64,000 nt of DNA from an uncultured Candidatus Saccharibacteria bacterium (GCA_964403205.1 CAYOER010000002.1:4259-68258), one strand, 5' to 3'; counted from the stretch's first letter, positions 40,121 through 48,572 are shown. Notes: generated by a model not told the origin, from the sequence alone. Made by a program: numbers and translations.

Positions 40121-40515
40121 AATTATAATTTAAAGATAATAATTATCTTGTAAAGATAACACTATCATACCATACTTCATTCAATCAAGTCGTCTTTATT
40201 ACATAATTATATGTAGTTTAAAGTAACATCTTTTGTTTACTGTGACTTTCTATAGTGTACATCCTACACAAATACTATAAAATCCATAAAAAGCATCTAA
40301 ACGCTCTTACTATACCCTACCTATACGTTCTAACCTCGTTCAACATTCGGAGCAATTGACAAACTTAATAAAATATGCTATCATTAAAAAATAGCAGTTT
40401 TTTGACATATTACCCACAAATTGGTTGCATCTTTTAGATTCTAATTGCACTGGAATTTTGAAGATGTAACCAATGTCTGGTTGCACACAAACAACAAATT
40501 AGGAGAACAAACAAA

Positions 40516-40995
40516 ATGTTCGTCGCTAAAAAATACTTAGAAACCGGTAATTACGTTGAAGTGGCAGGTCGTATCTTCCAGGAAAGCCATTGGCGTGAAG
40601 CCATTCTCTACTTCCTACACGGTATGTGGTCAGCCAATCCAGAAGTCACCAACAAATCATCAATCACCTTTGCTGGTGTAACAATGAGGTTGGATGTAGG
40701 CACAAAAAAATACTGGTGCTTCGTTCGACCAATGATGTCCACTTCCCTTGACTCAGAATCAAGTAACCCTCAGATTGAGCTTCATGATGGCGACACACTT
40801 GAGGTTCGTGATGACTATAACGACGTCGAGATGGGCATGATGCGTTTCGTTAAGAATGATGACATAGGCTGTTTAACAATCCGTTTCTATTACAATGGTT
40901 CGGAAAGCTCGTTGTCATTACACAAGACTTCGAAACGTGGTGAGTATCTTACAAGTGGTGAAAACTTGGGATACCTGCCACCTCGAAGATATTAG
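40516..40995 (+). CDS. Hypothetical protein (stand-alone unit)
   Basis: Own TTGACA promoter (40356), AGGAG RBS and terminator ~41057-41082. Confidence 0.7.
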   Translation: MFVAKKYLETGNYVEVAGRIFQESHWREAILYFLHGMWSANPEVTNKSSITFAGVTMRLDVGTKKYWCFVRPMMSTSLDSESSNPQIELHDGDTLEVRDDYNDVEMGMMRFVKNDDIGCLTIRFYYNGSESSLSLHKTSKRGEYLTSGENLGYLPPRRY

Positions 40996-41241
40996 GGTCG
41001 CCTCAAGATCCAAAAGGTATGCTGACTACCTTCTCATGTGAGAAATTGTCAGGCAAGTCACAGATATTCTGTGGCTTTTTTTATACCATTGAAACATATG
41101 CAAAGTCCTGATAAACTGTATTTCATTACTAATTACTGACCAGTTCACAGTTCGGAGCTCGTCCAACATGCGGAGCATAAAAAAGAAAAACTCCGTAGGG
41201 ACTGCCCTGCGAAGTTTTGTGAGTAGAACAAGAAGTCAGTA

Positions 41242-42579
41242 TTAACCGATGACTTTTTTGTCTCTAGCACATGCACCATGAGAGGTATATTTTACCTTTG
41301 ATCCAGTGCTTTCCTGAATGAGTCTATAGAGTTGGTCTTCAGTTGAGACCGATTTGATTTCAGGAATAGTTACATTCTCGAGCATTGTGGTTAGTTTCGA
41401 TTGATAGTCCAGATCACGTTTGTAATTTGGAATGAGACGACCAAAGGGTAGACCATCATGAAGATATTGATCAACATAGGGCAGAACTTTTCGATGTTGC
41501 AATATGTCAACATGTGTAACAGCTATTGAGTCAAGTCCTCCATGAGCACGCGTACATTCAGCAGCGTATTTTAGAAGGACTAGATCCAGTGCTCCTGAAC
41601 GAAAGCCGCCTTGCCAATCGTTCAATGTATTGTGTTCCTTAAGGCTCACTCCATACATCCCTACATCTTCAGTTGGAAATGGACCTGAACCATGCCTGGT
41701 CGTATAAGATCGTGTAATGCCTACTGTCTCAACTTCCCCATCAAAACAACATTCCCTGAGCAAGGAACGCGCATTTTCTGTCACGATCCTACTCCATGTC
41801 GTATATGGATGAAAACCCTGCCACTCATCCAGAAGAACTCCTTGTGCTCCCTCAAATACAGGTTTTGAAGATTGAACAAGATCTGCCACTTTCTTTTCGT
41901 TCAGAAATTGGTAATGCTTTGCCATAGATCTGTAGGCATCGACCAATTGATCAAGTTTTTCCGGACTGAAGATATTCAGTGACAATGCAATTGTTCTCGG
42001 GAGTTTTTCACCGAAATCTAATCCCAGCTCCGCAAGTTCATTGCGTTTCCTTTCAGAAATTACTTCGAGCATTGCTTTGAGTTTCCCTGCATTTGTAAGA
42101 TCAATTGCTTTGATGACTTCATCAGGATGATTGACAATATCAAACATTGTCTCACCAATTCCCTTTCCACATGAACCGTGTTTTTTTCCTCCTCGCATCC
42201 ACTCCCTTGCTTGATTTGTTGCAACATGGAATGGCGTAATAACTGGTGCACGTTCATCAATAAAATGACGATCCAGAGCGAAATGCTTGAGTTTAGGTGA
42301 CAAGCATGACGTCTCATGGGCCAGAGCTATCGGGTCCCAGAGCATGTATCTCGAAATAAGGGTTTTGACAAATGGAATGAATGTCCCGCTACCGAACTGT
42401 GAGAAGGTATGATGTAGCCCTTCATCAGTCACTACATTATGCGCTGCTTGAGATCCGCCATTATAACGTACTACAAGATCAGCATTACCGTGACGACAGA
42501 GGAAATCTGTCATAGTTCCCTTACCTTCATCACCAAAACCGAGTCCAACGATAATTCGAGCTTTTTTTGTGTTTTTCAT
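41242..42579 (-). CDS. Divergent adenylosuccinate-synthetase-like (PurA-fold) enzyme
   Basis: GLGFGDEGKG, RYNGGSQAAHNV, GSCGKGIG, FEGAQG, HPYTT, TRHGSGPFPTE; differs from canonical QWGDEGKG/GGNNAGHT. Confidence 0.88.
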   Translation of the reverse strand: MKNTKKARIIVGLGFGDEGKGTMTDFLCRHGNADLVVRYNGGSQAAHNVVTDEGLHHTFSQFGSGTFIPFVKTLISRYMLWDPIALAHETSCLSPKLKHFALDRHFIDERAPVITPFHVATNQAREWMRGGKKHGSCGKGIGETMFDIVNHPDEVIKAIDLTNAGKLKAMLEVISERKRNELAELGLDFGEKLPRTIALSLNIFSPEKLDQLVDAYRSMAKHYQFLNEKKVADLVQSSKPVFEGAQGVLLDEWQGFHPYTTWSRIVTENARSLLRECCFDGEVETVGITRSYTTRHGSGPFPTEDVGMYGVSLKEHNTLNDWQGGFRSGALDLVLLKYAAECTRAHGGLDSIAVTHVDILQHRKVLPYVDQYLHDGLPFGRLIPNYKRDLDYQSKLTTMLENVTIPEIKSVSTEDQLYRLIQESTGSKVKYTSHGACARDKKVIG

Positions 42580-42637
42580 AAAAAGAACCTAGCTACCTCT
42601 AGCTAGGTTCTACACTAAAACCTAATTTTTGTCAAGC

Positions 42638-43690
42638 TTAGTGTGTTGTGCGCTTTCTTCCTTTGCGACTGCCTGAGGATGTTGCGAGTGCGCCACCGGA
42701 AACTTTTCCGGCAACAATCGCTCCACGAGCAACAGGAACAAGTGCTTGTGTCGCAATCAGTGCAGCGGATACACCGCGGATTCCTTTGGACTTCAAAACA
42801 TCAGCCAAGTCATCCTCAGTTTCTCCTGCGAGCCGACCGATAGCAGCCGCCATGGTTGGAACAATGTCCGATGTTTCAGGAACCTCCAGAACGTACTCAG
42901 GATTTTCTCCTGCGTCCGACAGAAGTTTCTGCCACATTTTCTTGATGGACTTGTTCGTGCCATGATTGGTATGTCCAGGTCGAATAACGAAAACGTGATA
43001 CCGTTCGCACGTTTTCCGCACAGACTCGAGCATGGGAATTTCTGACTGAATTCTGTCCCCAAAGACTTCTTTGGCCAGTGCAGGGGTAGTCCCGTGTACT
43101 GCGGGATCTCCACTGTCGTAGAAAGGCTGTTCGTCCTCAATGAGGAAAAAGTAACCCTTTGCGCCGTCACGCTCGAATGATTCGATACGTGTATGATTGG
43201 CGGCAGCATAGAATGCAAGATGATATGCTTCGCCATTGTTTCCACCACCATTACCGGGGATGATCATTTCATTGAGTGCTGTGAGCAACTCTTTGGAGCC
43301 AATTTCAAACTGACTCATTTGGAATGCTGCATCCGGTGGGGTGGCGCGTTCATCGTCGAACATCATGAACATCACATTAGGGTGATCAGAGATCCCCTTT
43401 TCTGTGATCATGTCGATAAGTTTTGGTAACTGCTTTTGCATGTCGTGTGGAACATGCTCCATCGAACCAGTTCCGTCGAGGGCGACAATGATCGGTGTCG
43501 CATCGTTGAAACCGGGAGCGAAGCATGATTCCCTCATCCCGTTCTTGAGCTTGCGTGGGTCGAGGATATCGGCAATATTCCGAACGCCTGTCGACACAGC
43601 AGTCGCTGAACGACTGAAGGTTGAACCAGAACTTGCGAGCCCTCTTACGCCAGCATCGAAGTCCATTGAACTGAAGCCTGAATGTCCCAT
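42638..43690 (-). CDS. vWA-domain protein (start likely ATG 43690)
   Basis: MIDAS-like DGTGSM, QMSQFE, GNGGGNNGEAY, KGYFFLIEDE. Confidence 0.8.
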   Translation of the reverse strand: MGHSGFSSMDFDAGVRGLASSGSTFSRSATAVSTGVRNIADILDPRKLKNGMRESCFAPGFNDATPIIVALDGTGSMEHVPHDMQKQLPKLIDMITEKGISDHPNVMFMMFDDERATPPDAAFQMSQFEIGSKELLTALNEMIIPGNGGGNNGEAYHLAFYAAANHTRIESFERDGAKGYFFLIEDEQPFYDSGDPAVHGTTPALAKEVFGDRIQSEIPMLESVRKTCERYHVFVIRPGHTNHGTNKSIKKMWQKLLSDAGENPEYVLEVPETSDIVPTMAAAIGRLAGETEDDLADVLKSKGIRGVSAALIATQALVPVARGAIVAGKVSGGALATSSGSRKGRKRTTH

Positions 43691-43720
43691 AGTGATTTTT
43701 TTCTCTTTGTGCCAAACCAC

Positions 43721-43876
43721 TTAGAGTTTGGCTGTTTTTGTTTCTTCCACCTGCTCAACAACAGGTTGAACAGATACGCCGGTTTCTGCGGTTTGTGTCT
43801 CTTTCTTGGTCTCATCCAATGTTTGTGCAACTTTGGAAGGACTTTCCGCCTCTGTCTCATCCACTGGTTTTCCCAT
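43721..43876 (-). CDS. 51 aa acidic Thr/Glu-rich peptide (not in ORF track)
   Basis: MGKPVDETEAESPSKVAQTLDETKKETQTAETGVSVQPVVEQVEEEKTAKL; fills the gap between the kinase-like and vWA genes. Confidence 0.6.
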   Translation of the reverse strand: MGKPVDETEAESPSKVAQTLDETKKETQTAETGVSVQPVVEQVEETKTAKL

Positions 43877-43907
43877 GATGTATCTTTCTTGTTTTGTTTG
43901 TTGTGGT

Positions 43908-45104
43908 TTAGGTCATTACAAGTTCGACAAATCTCTTTGGGCCGAAAACGGCTTTGGTTATCTGTCGAAATTCTGTGTAAACAGCATCAGCTGTCTGCGG
44001 TCTTCGAACACTTTTTGGTTGAAGACATCTATTGAGCAATTCCCTGATTGGCATTTCAACCGAGTCAGGAATGACTTTTTCTTCGGAACTTCCACCAAGT
44101 ATGTAAACCATGCACCACGCTGACATGTATATGTCAGACGCAGGAGATGGTAACATACTCGTGGATTTTAATTCCTCTGGAAAATAAGCTTGATACCTGT
44201 CATCAGTATAAGGAACTTTCTCACCACTACTTATCTTGCAAGAAGCAGTCCAATCTAGGATCTGTCCAAGATGGTCTTTTGCATGGATGAGAATATGATT
44301 TGGAGTAAGTGCACTGTGCACCACTCCCGAATAGTGAGCGAGGGTCAATCCCTCAAGAACTCTATTCCAAATAAATGTCATGTGTCGAGTAGACACACCA
44401 GAAGGATACGTCTTACGGATTTCCTCTAGTGTATACCACCCTTTATCAAAGCCTGGTTGTATGAGAAAAATATTTACTGTCTTTTTCCCAGAACCGTCAT
44501 CAATTCGAACTGACTCATGAAGTTCCGGCATGCGTAGTAAAAACTTACGTGCAGTTTCCTGACCAGCTGGATTGCTAGCCAAGGATTTTGCCTTCTTTCT
44601 GAAAAGGTCAAATGCTCGTGCCTCCCGCTCCATAAGGTCATTATCCTTGATTGAATGCGGTACCTTGAACAGTGCAGATGAAACAACAGATTTCTTGTCC
44701 TGAATAGTTCCCCTGAAAACACCGCATGTCCCACCGGAATAAATCCGATTGCCGACAGTATAGACATATTTGGGAGAACTAAACTGCACCAAGGCAGGAT
44801 CTTCAGTGGGCTTCGGTGACAATTCTGCTTTCTTGTCCCCGTATATTCCACCTTTGATTTTATCTTGGGCAGTATGCCAAAAAACGTTGAGAAGTCTCTG
44901 GGCCTCAGTTGTGTCCGCCACATCTTTGGGATTACCCATAAGACGGACCTTGTGTATGCACTTTGCCAGCCTACGGAACACTTTCTGGACTGCATGATAG
45001 ACCTTGTCAGAACTACCCTTTTCCAGTCCAAAAATATCTTCTGGATGATTCGCCTTCTTAAGGGCTTCGAGAAGTCTTTGTAATTCAGTCATAATTCCTT
45101 TCAA
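43908..45104 (-). CDS. J-domain-like + Ser/Thr kinase-like protein
   Basis: PEDIFG..VFRRLAKCIHKV (J-like, no HPD); SGGTCGV, LFKV, EREA, VVHSALTPNH, LDWT, FPEE, SDIY. Confidence 0.8.
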   Translation of the reverse strand: MKGIMTELQRLLEALKKANHPEDIFGLEKGSSDKVYHAVQKVFRRLAKCIHKVRLMGNPKDVADTTEAQRLLNVFWHTAQDKIKGGIYGDKKAELSPKPTEDPALVQFSSPKYVYTVGNRIYSGGTCGVFRGTIQDKKSVVSSALFKVPHSIKDNDLMEREARAFDLFRKKAKSLASNPAGQETARKFLLRMPELHESVRIDDGSGKKTVNIFLIQPGFDKGWYTLEEIRKTYPSGVSTRHMTFIWNRVLEGLTLAHYSGVVHSALTPNHILIHAKDHLGQILDWTASCKISSGEKVPYTDDRYQAYFPEELKSTSMLPSPASDIYMSAWCMVYILGGSSEEKVIPDSVEMPIRELLNRCLQPKSVRRPQTADAVYTEFRQITKAVFGPKRFVELVMT

Positions 45105-45227
45105 AGATCATTGTGTTTAATTACTATAAATCACATTACATTAAAAAATACTTTTGTCAAGCAGTTCGTAATGCAAGGTAAAAATGAAACCAAACTAATC
45201 TAATTACAGTATATAATTAACTCGTAT

Positions 45228-45248
45228 ATAGTGTCAATAGTACAATAT
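45228..45248. promoter_or_regulatory. Predicted NrtR operator overlapping the -35 of the operon promoter
   Basis: atagtGTcaatagtACaatat is a 21 bp palindrome with GT-N7-AC. It covers minus-strand TTGACA (45232-45237); TATACT at 45208-45213. Confidence 0.65.
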
Positions 45249-45317
45249 TACAAAAAACATAATAAATGGCATGTCAATATTTCCCAGACACACCAGTAGG
45301 AATAGTTCCTAAGAAAA

Positions 45318-45962
45318 TCACTTTATAAATGAATATAGAACTGCTGGTCGCATAATCCCCTGCTTCTTTGTTTTGTTTGTATTGATAAGTATACCTTCAG
45401 ACAAAATTTTCTTTCTAAAATTTCTTTTATCAAATTTTTGCTTTAATACTATTTCGTAGATAGTTTGAAGTTCAGTTAATGTAAATTCCTTTTGCAGTAG
45501 ATATTTTGCAATTGAAGTATAAATTATTTTTGATCGCAAGCGGTCAATTGCTGTTGTAAGTATTCTATTATGATCATATCCTAATATAGGTAATTCATCT
45601 ATTGTGCACCACCTTGTTTTAATTTGAGTATTTGTAATTTTACGAGGATCATCTGCAGCAAGAGCTAGATATGCAACTGATACTATTCTTCCCCGAGGAT
45701 CGCGATCTATTTCACTAAAAGTATATAATTGTTCTTTATAAATCTTACGAATTCCAGCCTTATCTTTCAATAGTCTTTCTGCAGCAATTTCTGCTGTCTC
45801 TGTTGGTAAAATAAGTCCACCAATAAGGGCCCACATACCTTTATATTGATTTGAAGAAATTACCTTACCAATGAGGACTGAGAGATTTCCATCAATAATT
45901 CTTAAACAGACAATATCTGTTGCAAGAACTGCATAGCGAATATTATTATCTGTTTTTGACAT
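45318..45962 (-). CDS. nrtR: NrtR-family regulator (Nudix + wHTH); start likely ATG 45962
   Basis: WALIGG, EQLYTFSEIDRDPRGRIVSVAY, YDH, FTLTELQTIYE, DKRNFRKKI, RPAVLY. Confidence 0.92.
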   Translation of the reverse strand: MSKTDNNIRYAVLATDIVCLRIIDGNLSVLIGKVISSNQYKGMWALIGGLILPTETAEIAAERLLKDKAGIRKIYKEQLYTFSEIDRDPRGRIVSVAYLALAADDPRKITNTQIKTRWCTIDELPILGYDHNRILTTAIDRLRSKIIYTSIAKYLLQKEFTLTELQTIYEIVLKQKFDKRNFRKKILSEGILINTNKTKKQGIMRPAVLYSFIK

Positions 45963-45981
45963 TGTGTATAATATACACGAT
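45961..45981. promoter_or_regulatory. Predicted NrtR autoregulatory operator
   Basis: attgtGTataatatACacgat, a GT-N7-AC palindrome overlapping the nrtR start and -10. Confidence 0.65.
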
Positions 45982-46195
45982 ATATAACAAAAGTAAAGAT
46001 TTAATAGCACACGCCTACTTTGTTGCAATTAGAATGCTAATTCACTGCGAGCAAGTTGACAACTACTATTTTATATGATAGTTTTAAATTAGCATAGTTT
46101 TTTGATATTTCCTCTTGTTTGACCGTATCTTTTAGATCTTTTACGAGTTTTGAAAGATGCGGTTATAACGAACAACACTCAATTCAAAAGAGAAT

Positions 46196-46531
46196 ATGCC
46201 AACACAAATAACTGAAATCATCCCCGCAGGTAAGAAACGTTTAATTAACACCTTAACCGAAGCAGGTCTGACAACACTGGAAGCTTGTGCGCAAGCTGGA
46301 CCAGAAAAACTCCTAAAGTATAGGGGTTTGGGACACAAAACCTTGATTGCACTGAAAGAGCACTGCTTCAAACGCGGTATCAAATGGTCAGATAGCCATT
46401 CAAGGATTCACAAGCTGTCCATCCACTTCATGAGCCGTTACAAGCTAAGTCCCAAAGATGCAAAACTGGTAGCAACTGCATTTTACTGGGATAACGCATA
46501 TCCGACTTCCCTCCTTCATCCCATGTTTTAA
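46196..46531 (+). CDS. Protein with RNA polymerase alpha-CTD-like HhH domain
   Basis: RLINTLTEAGLTTLE...LLKYRGLGHKTLIALKE. Confidence 0.6.
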   Translation: MPTQITEIIPAGKKRLINTLTEAGLTTLEACAQAGPEKLLKYRGLGHKTLIALKEHCFKRGIKWSDSHSRIHKLSIHFMSRYKLSPKDAKLVATAFYWDNAYPTSLLHPMF

Positions 46532-46546
46532 GAGACTGGAACAATC

Positions 46547-46590
46547 CCCGCCCGAACAGGAGAAACCCTCCGTTCGCTGGCGGGTTTTTC
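46547..46590 (+). terminator. Repeated terminator family, copy 1
   Basis: cccgcccgaac...gttcgctggcggg-ttttt. Confidence 0.75.
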
Positions 46591-46612
46591 TTTTTTCTTA
46601 ATCCTATAACCA

Positions 46613-46629
46613 AGCCCTGGTCGCGGAGC
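46613..46629 (+). repeat. 17 bp copy of the tRNA-Asn 3' end (att-like)
   Basis: agccctggtcgcggagc is identical to 21578-21594. Confidence 0.85.
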
Positions 46630-46710
46630 TTGATAAGAAAAAGTATTCTTTAGGGTGTCTTCTTTCTTATCACTATTTCTATATTTGACAATCTCTCTGA
46701 AGATAGTACG

Positions 46711-46971
46711 ATGATTCCAGATCACCACAAACCTGAAAGAATTCTTATGATAACTGAAGTAAGCAAAAGAACACTCAGAGGATACAGACAGACATGTCGT
46801 GTCAAAATCAAGATCAGCAACAAAATTGAGATCGCACGCTTGATATTCGCTCATCAACAATCTGGGGGACTGAATAATGTACCTATTGGGGATAGAGTGT
46901 ATCTCGAACCATTGGGATGGTTCAATACTGATGATGTCGAACTACTCGAAGTTCTGACTTGGGATGATTGA
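46711..46971 (+). CDS. Hypothetical protein
   Basis: 86 aa ORF with TTGACA just upstream. Confidence 0.5.
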   Translation: MIPDHHKPERILMITEVSKRTLRGYRQTCRVKIKISNKIEIARLIFAHQQSGGLNNVPIGDRVYLEPLGWFNTDDVELLEVLTWDD

Positions 46972-47166
46972 GTCAAGACCATGAATTATCAGTAATCTCT
47001 ATTTAAGCACATAGCGCACGACCCTCGGGTACGGCGTTTTCTTTTTTCTAAATTCCGTGACCATGCCCTGGTTGTAGACTGAATTGACACTCCTTAATCA
47101 ATGTGTTAGTTTATTTATAGAACCAGATGAGAATCTGACAACTGTTCCAAACAAAAAAAATTAACC

Positions 47167-47337
47167 ATGAACGCAACTACGATTCCTGAAGATGTAACAA
47201 ACACGCCTGCAGGTCCAAATAATAACGGATTCATTGTGCTCGACATATTCGCTTCATCCATTGTTGGATCAGACGGCGAATGCTATACGCGTAAAAACGG
47301 AATAGTGACCATCGCCTCCGAAGAAGACGAACACTAA
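47167..47337 (+). CDS. 56 aa hypothetical protein (not in ORF track)
   Basis: MNATTIPEDVTNTPAGPNNNGFIVLDIFASSIVGSDGECYTRKNGIVTIASEEDEH, between a TTGACA promoter and a family terminator. Confidence 0.55.
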   Translation: MNATTIPEDVTNTPAGPNNNGFIVLDIFASSIVGSDGECYTRKNGIVTIASEEDEH

Positions 47338-47351
47338 TGGATTCAATCACA

Positions 47352-47401
47352 CCCGCCCGAACACGAGAGCCCTAGGGCTTTCAGTTCGCTGGCGGGTTTT
47401 T
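47352..47401 (+). terminator. Repeated terminator family, copy 2
   Basis: cccgcccgaac...gttcgctggcggg-ttttt. Confidence 0.75.
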
Positions 47402-47425
47402 CTTTTTCTAAATTCTATAACCAAT

Positions 47426-47442
47426 CCCTGGTCGCGGAGCAA
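47426..47442 (+). repeat. 17 bp copy of the tRNA-Asn 3' end (att-like)
   Basis: ccctggtcgcggagcaa is identical to 21580-21596. Confidence 0.85.
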
Positions 47443-47585
47443 TACTTGACACTAAACATATTCCGTGCTACCATGCTGGTATAGTAGTTTTTTGACATGT
47501 ATGTTGGTAGTTAGCTGTATCCCCTAGGACATTATTGTGTCTTGTGGGATACGGCCAACTAGAGGCCACGAAAAAACATCAAACT

Positions 47586-47948
47586 ATGAATAAACAATTC
47601 GTTCCACTTCACCACATTGACGCACTCTCTTATGGCCAATGGGATTTCACTCTCGAGCCATTTCGAGATTGGCTGCAGATTCAAAAACACATCGGGGTTA
47701 AAGTTCTAATTCTTCCGACCCCAAAAAGCAAGGAAGAGCAATTCAATCTAGGTATGGTAAGCCACGATATCCGCAAGGAAGCTGAGAAGTTCGCCTTGGT
47801 TGTGGTTTCCGAAGCAAGATTGCGTCATGCTGGTATTCTGAAAACAAAACCAGCCGTAGTTGTCGATGCTAAACCAATTCTGTTTCCAAGTCCATTTTTA
47901 GTTTTAGTTGTGGATGCGGATAAAAACGAACTCAGTATCACTAACTAA
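47586..47948 (+). CDS. Hypothetical protein (start likely ATG 47586)
   Basis: The upstream part of the called ORF is a leader hairpin. Confidence 0.6.
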   Translation: MNKQFVPLHHIDALSYGQWDFTLEPFRDWLQIQKHIGVKVLILPTPKSKEEQFNLGMVSHDIRKEAEKFALVVVSEARLRHAGILKTKPAVVVDAKPILFPSPFLVLVVDADKNELSITN

Positions 47949-47953
47949 CCACA

Positions 47954-48000
47954 CCCGTCCGAACAGGAGAAACCCTCCGTTCGCTGGCGGGTTTCTTTTT
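47954..48000 (+). terminator. Repeated terminator family, copy 3
   Basis: One mismatch from copy 1 across the hairpin. Confidence 0.75.
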
Positions 48001-48365
48001 TAATACAAACCATTGACATATTCACATACTTACTTTAAACTCCATAAAAGTAAACCGTGCTGAGTAATAGTCAGCAAAACAACTAAATAATATGAACGAT
48101 AAACAAGTGGAGGAATTGAGAGCAAGCATCAATTTCCTTCATGAACACATCTGTCTTTTGGAAACTTGGGTTCAGCGAGGAGACACTCATCCTGGACTCC
48201 AAGATTGTGCGCAGAATATCAGACTTCAGTTTGAAGAAATCATGCGCAAGCTTCCACCTAAAAAGTGATGGTTTTCCATACAACCACTTCATTACGAGAG
48301 TTCTGAGGTGGTTTTCTTATTTTCTAAATAATCAACAACCAATCAAATTATGATATACTAAAACC

Positions 48366-48572
48366 ATGCAAAAAATAGCCACTCGCGTATTTATATATTC
48401 ATCAATCGCCTTCGGTATCATCGGGCTACTTATTGTCTTTACTAGCTCTGGACCAGACCATATGGACACACCGTGGGATCAGACACTCGCCAAGCTTTTG
48501 TTTACTTGCGTCTTTATCATACTCCCATCTTTTGCACTCAGTATTGCTAGTAAATATTTGAGGGAAAAATAA
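48366..48572 (+). CDS. Small two-TM membrane protein
   Basis: Hydrophobic; 5' half duplicated at 50069. Confidence 0.65.
   Translation: MQKIATRVFIYSSIAFGIIGLLIVFTSSGPDHMDTPWDQTLAKLLFTCVFIILPSFALSIASKYLREK

Larger units (their letters stand above)
21588..40355. mobile_element. Integrative element / phage-satellite-like island inserted at the tRNA-Asn 3' end
   Basis: Serine recombinase abuts the tRNA. The core cggagcaa occurs at the tRNA end and at 40348-40355. Carries primase-helicase, methylases and R-M cargo. Confidence 0.8.

Noticed and set aside
21555-40355. Complete prophage
   Set aside because: No capsid, portal, large terminase, tail or lysis genes were recognised.
41242-42579. Assigning the symbol purA
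   Set aside because: Motifs and context differ from housekeeping PurA, and activity is unproven.
42643-45083. Many overlapping alternative-frame and antisense ORFs
   Set aside because: They are shadows of the GC-richer vWA and kinase genes and have no motifs. The same applies to antisense ORFs over mreB, proS and others.
46040-46056. Additional att scar (ctgcgagcaag)
   Set aside because: The match to the tRNA end is too short and imperfect to support on its own.
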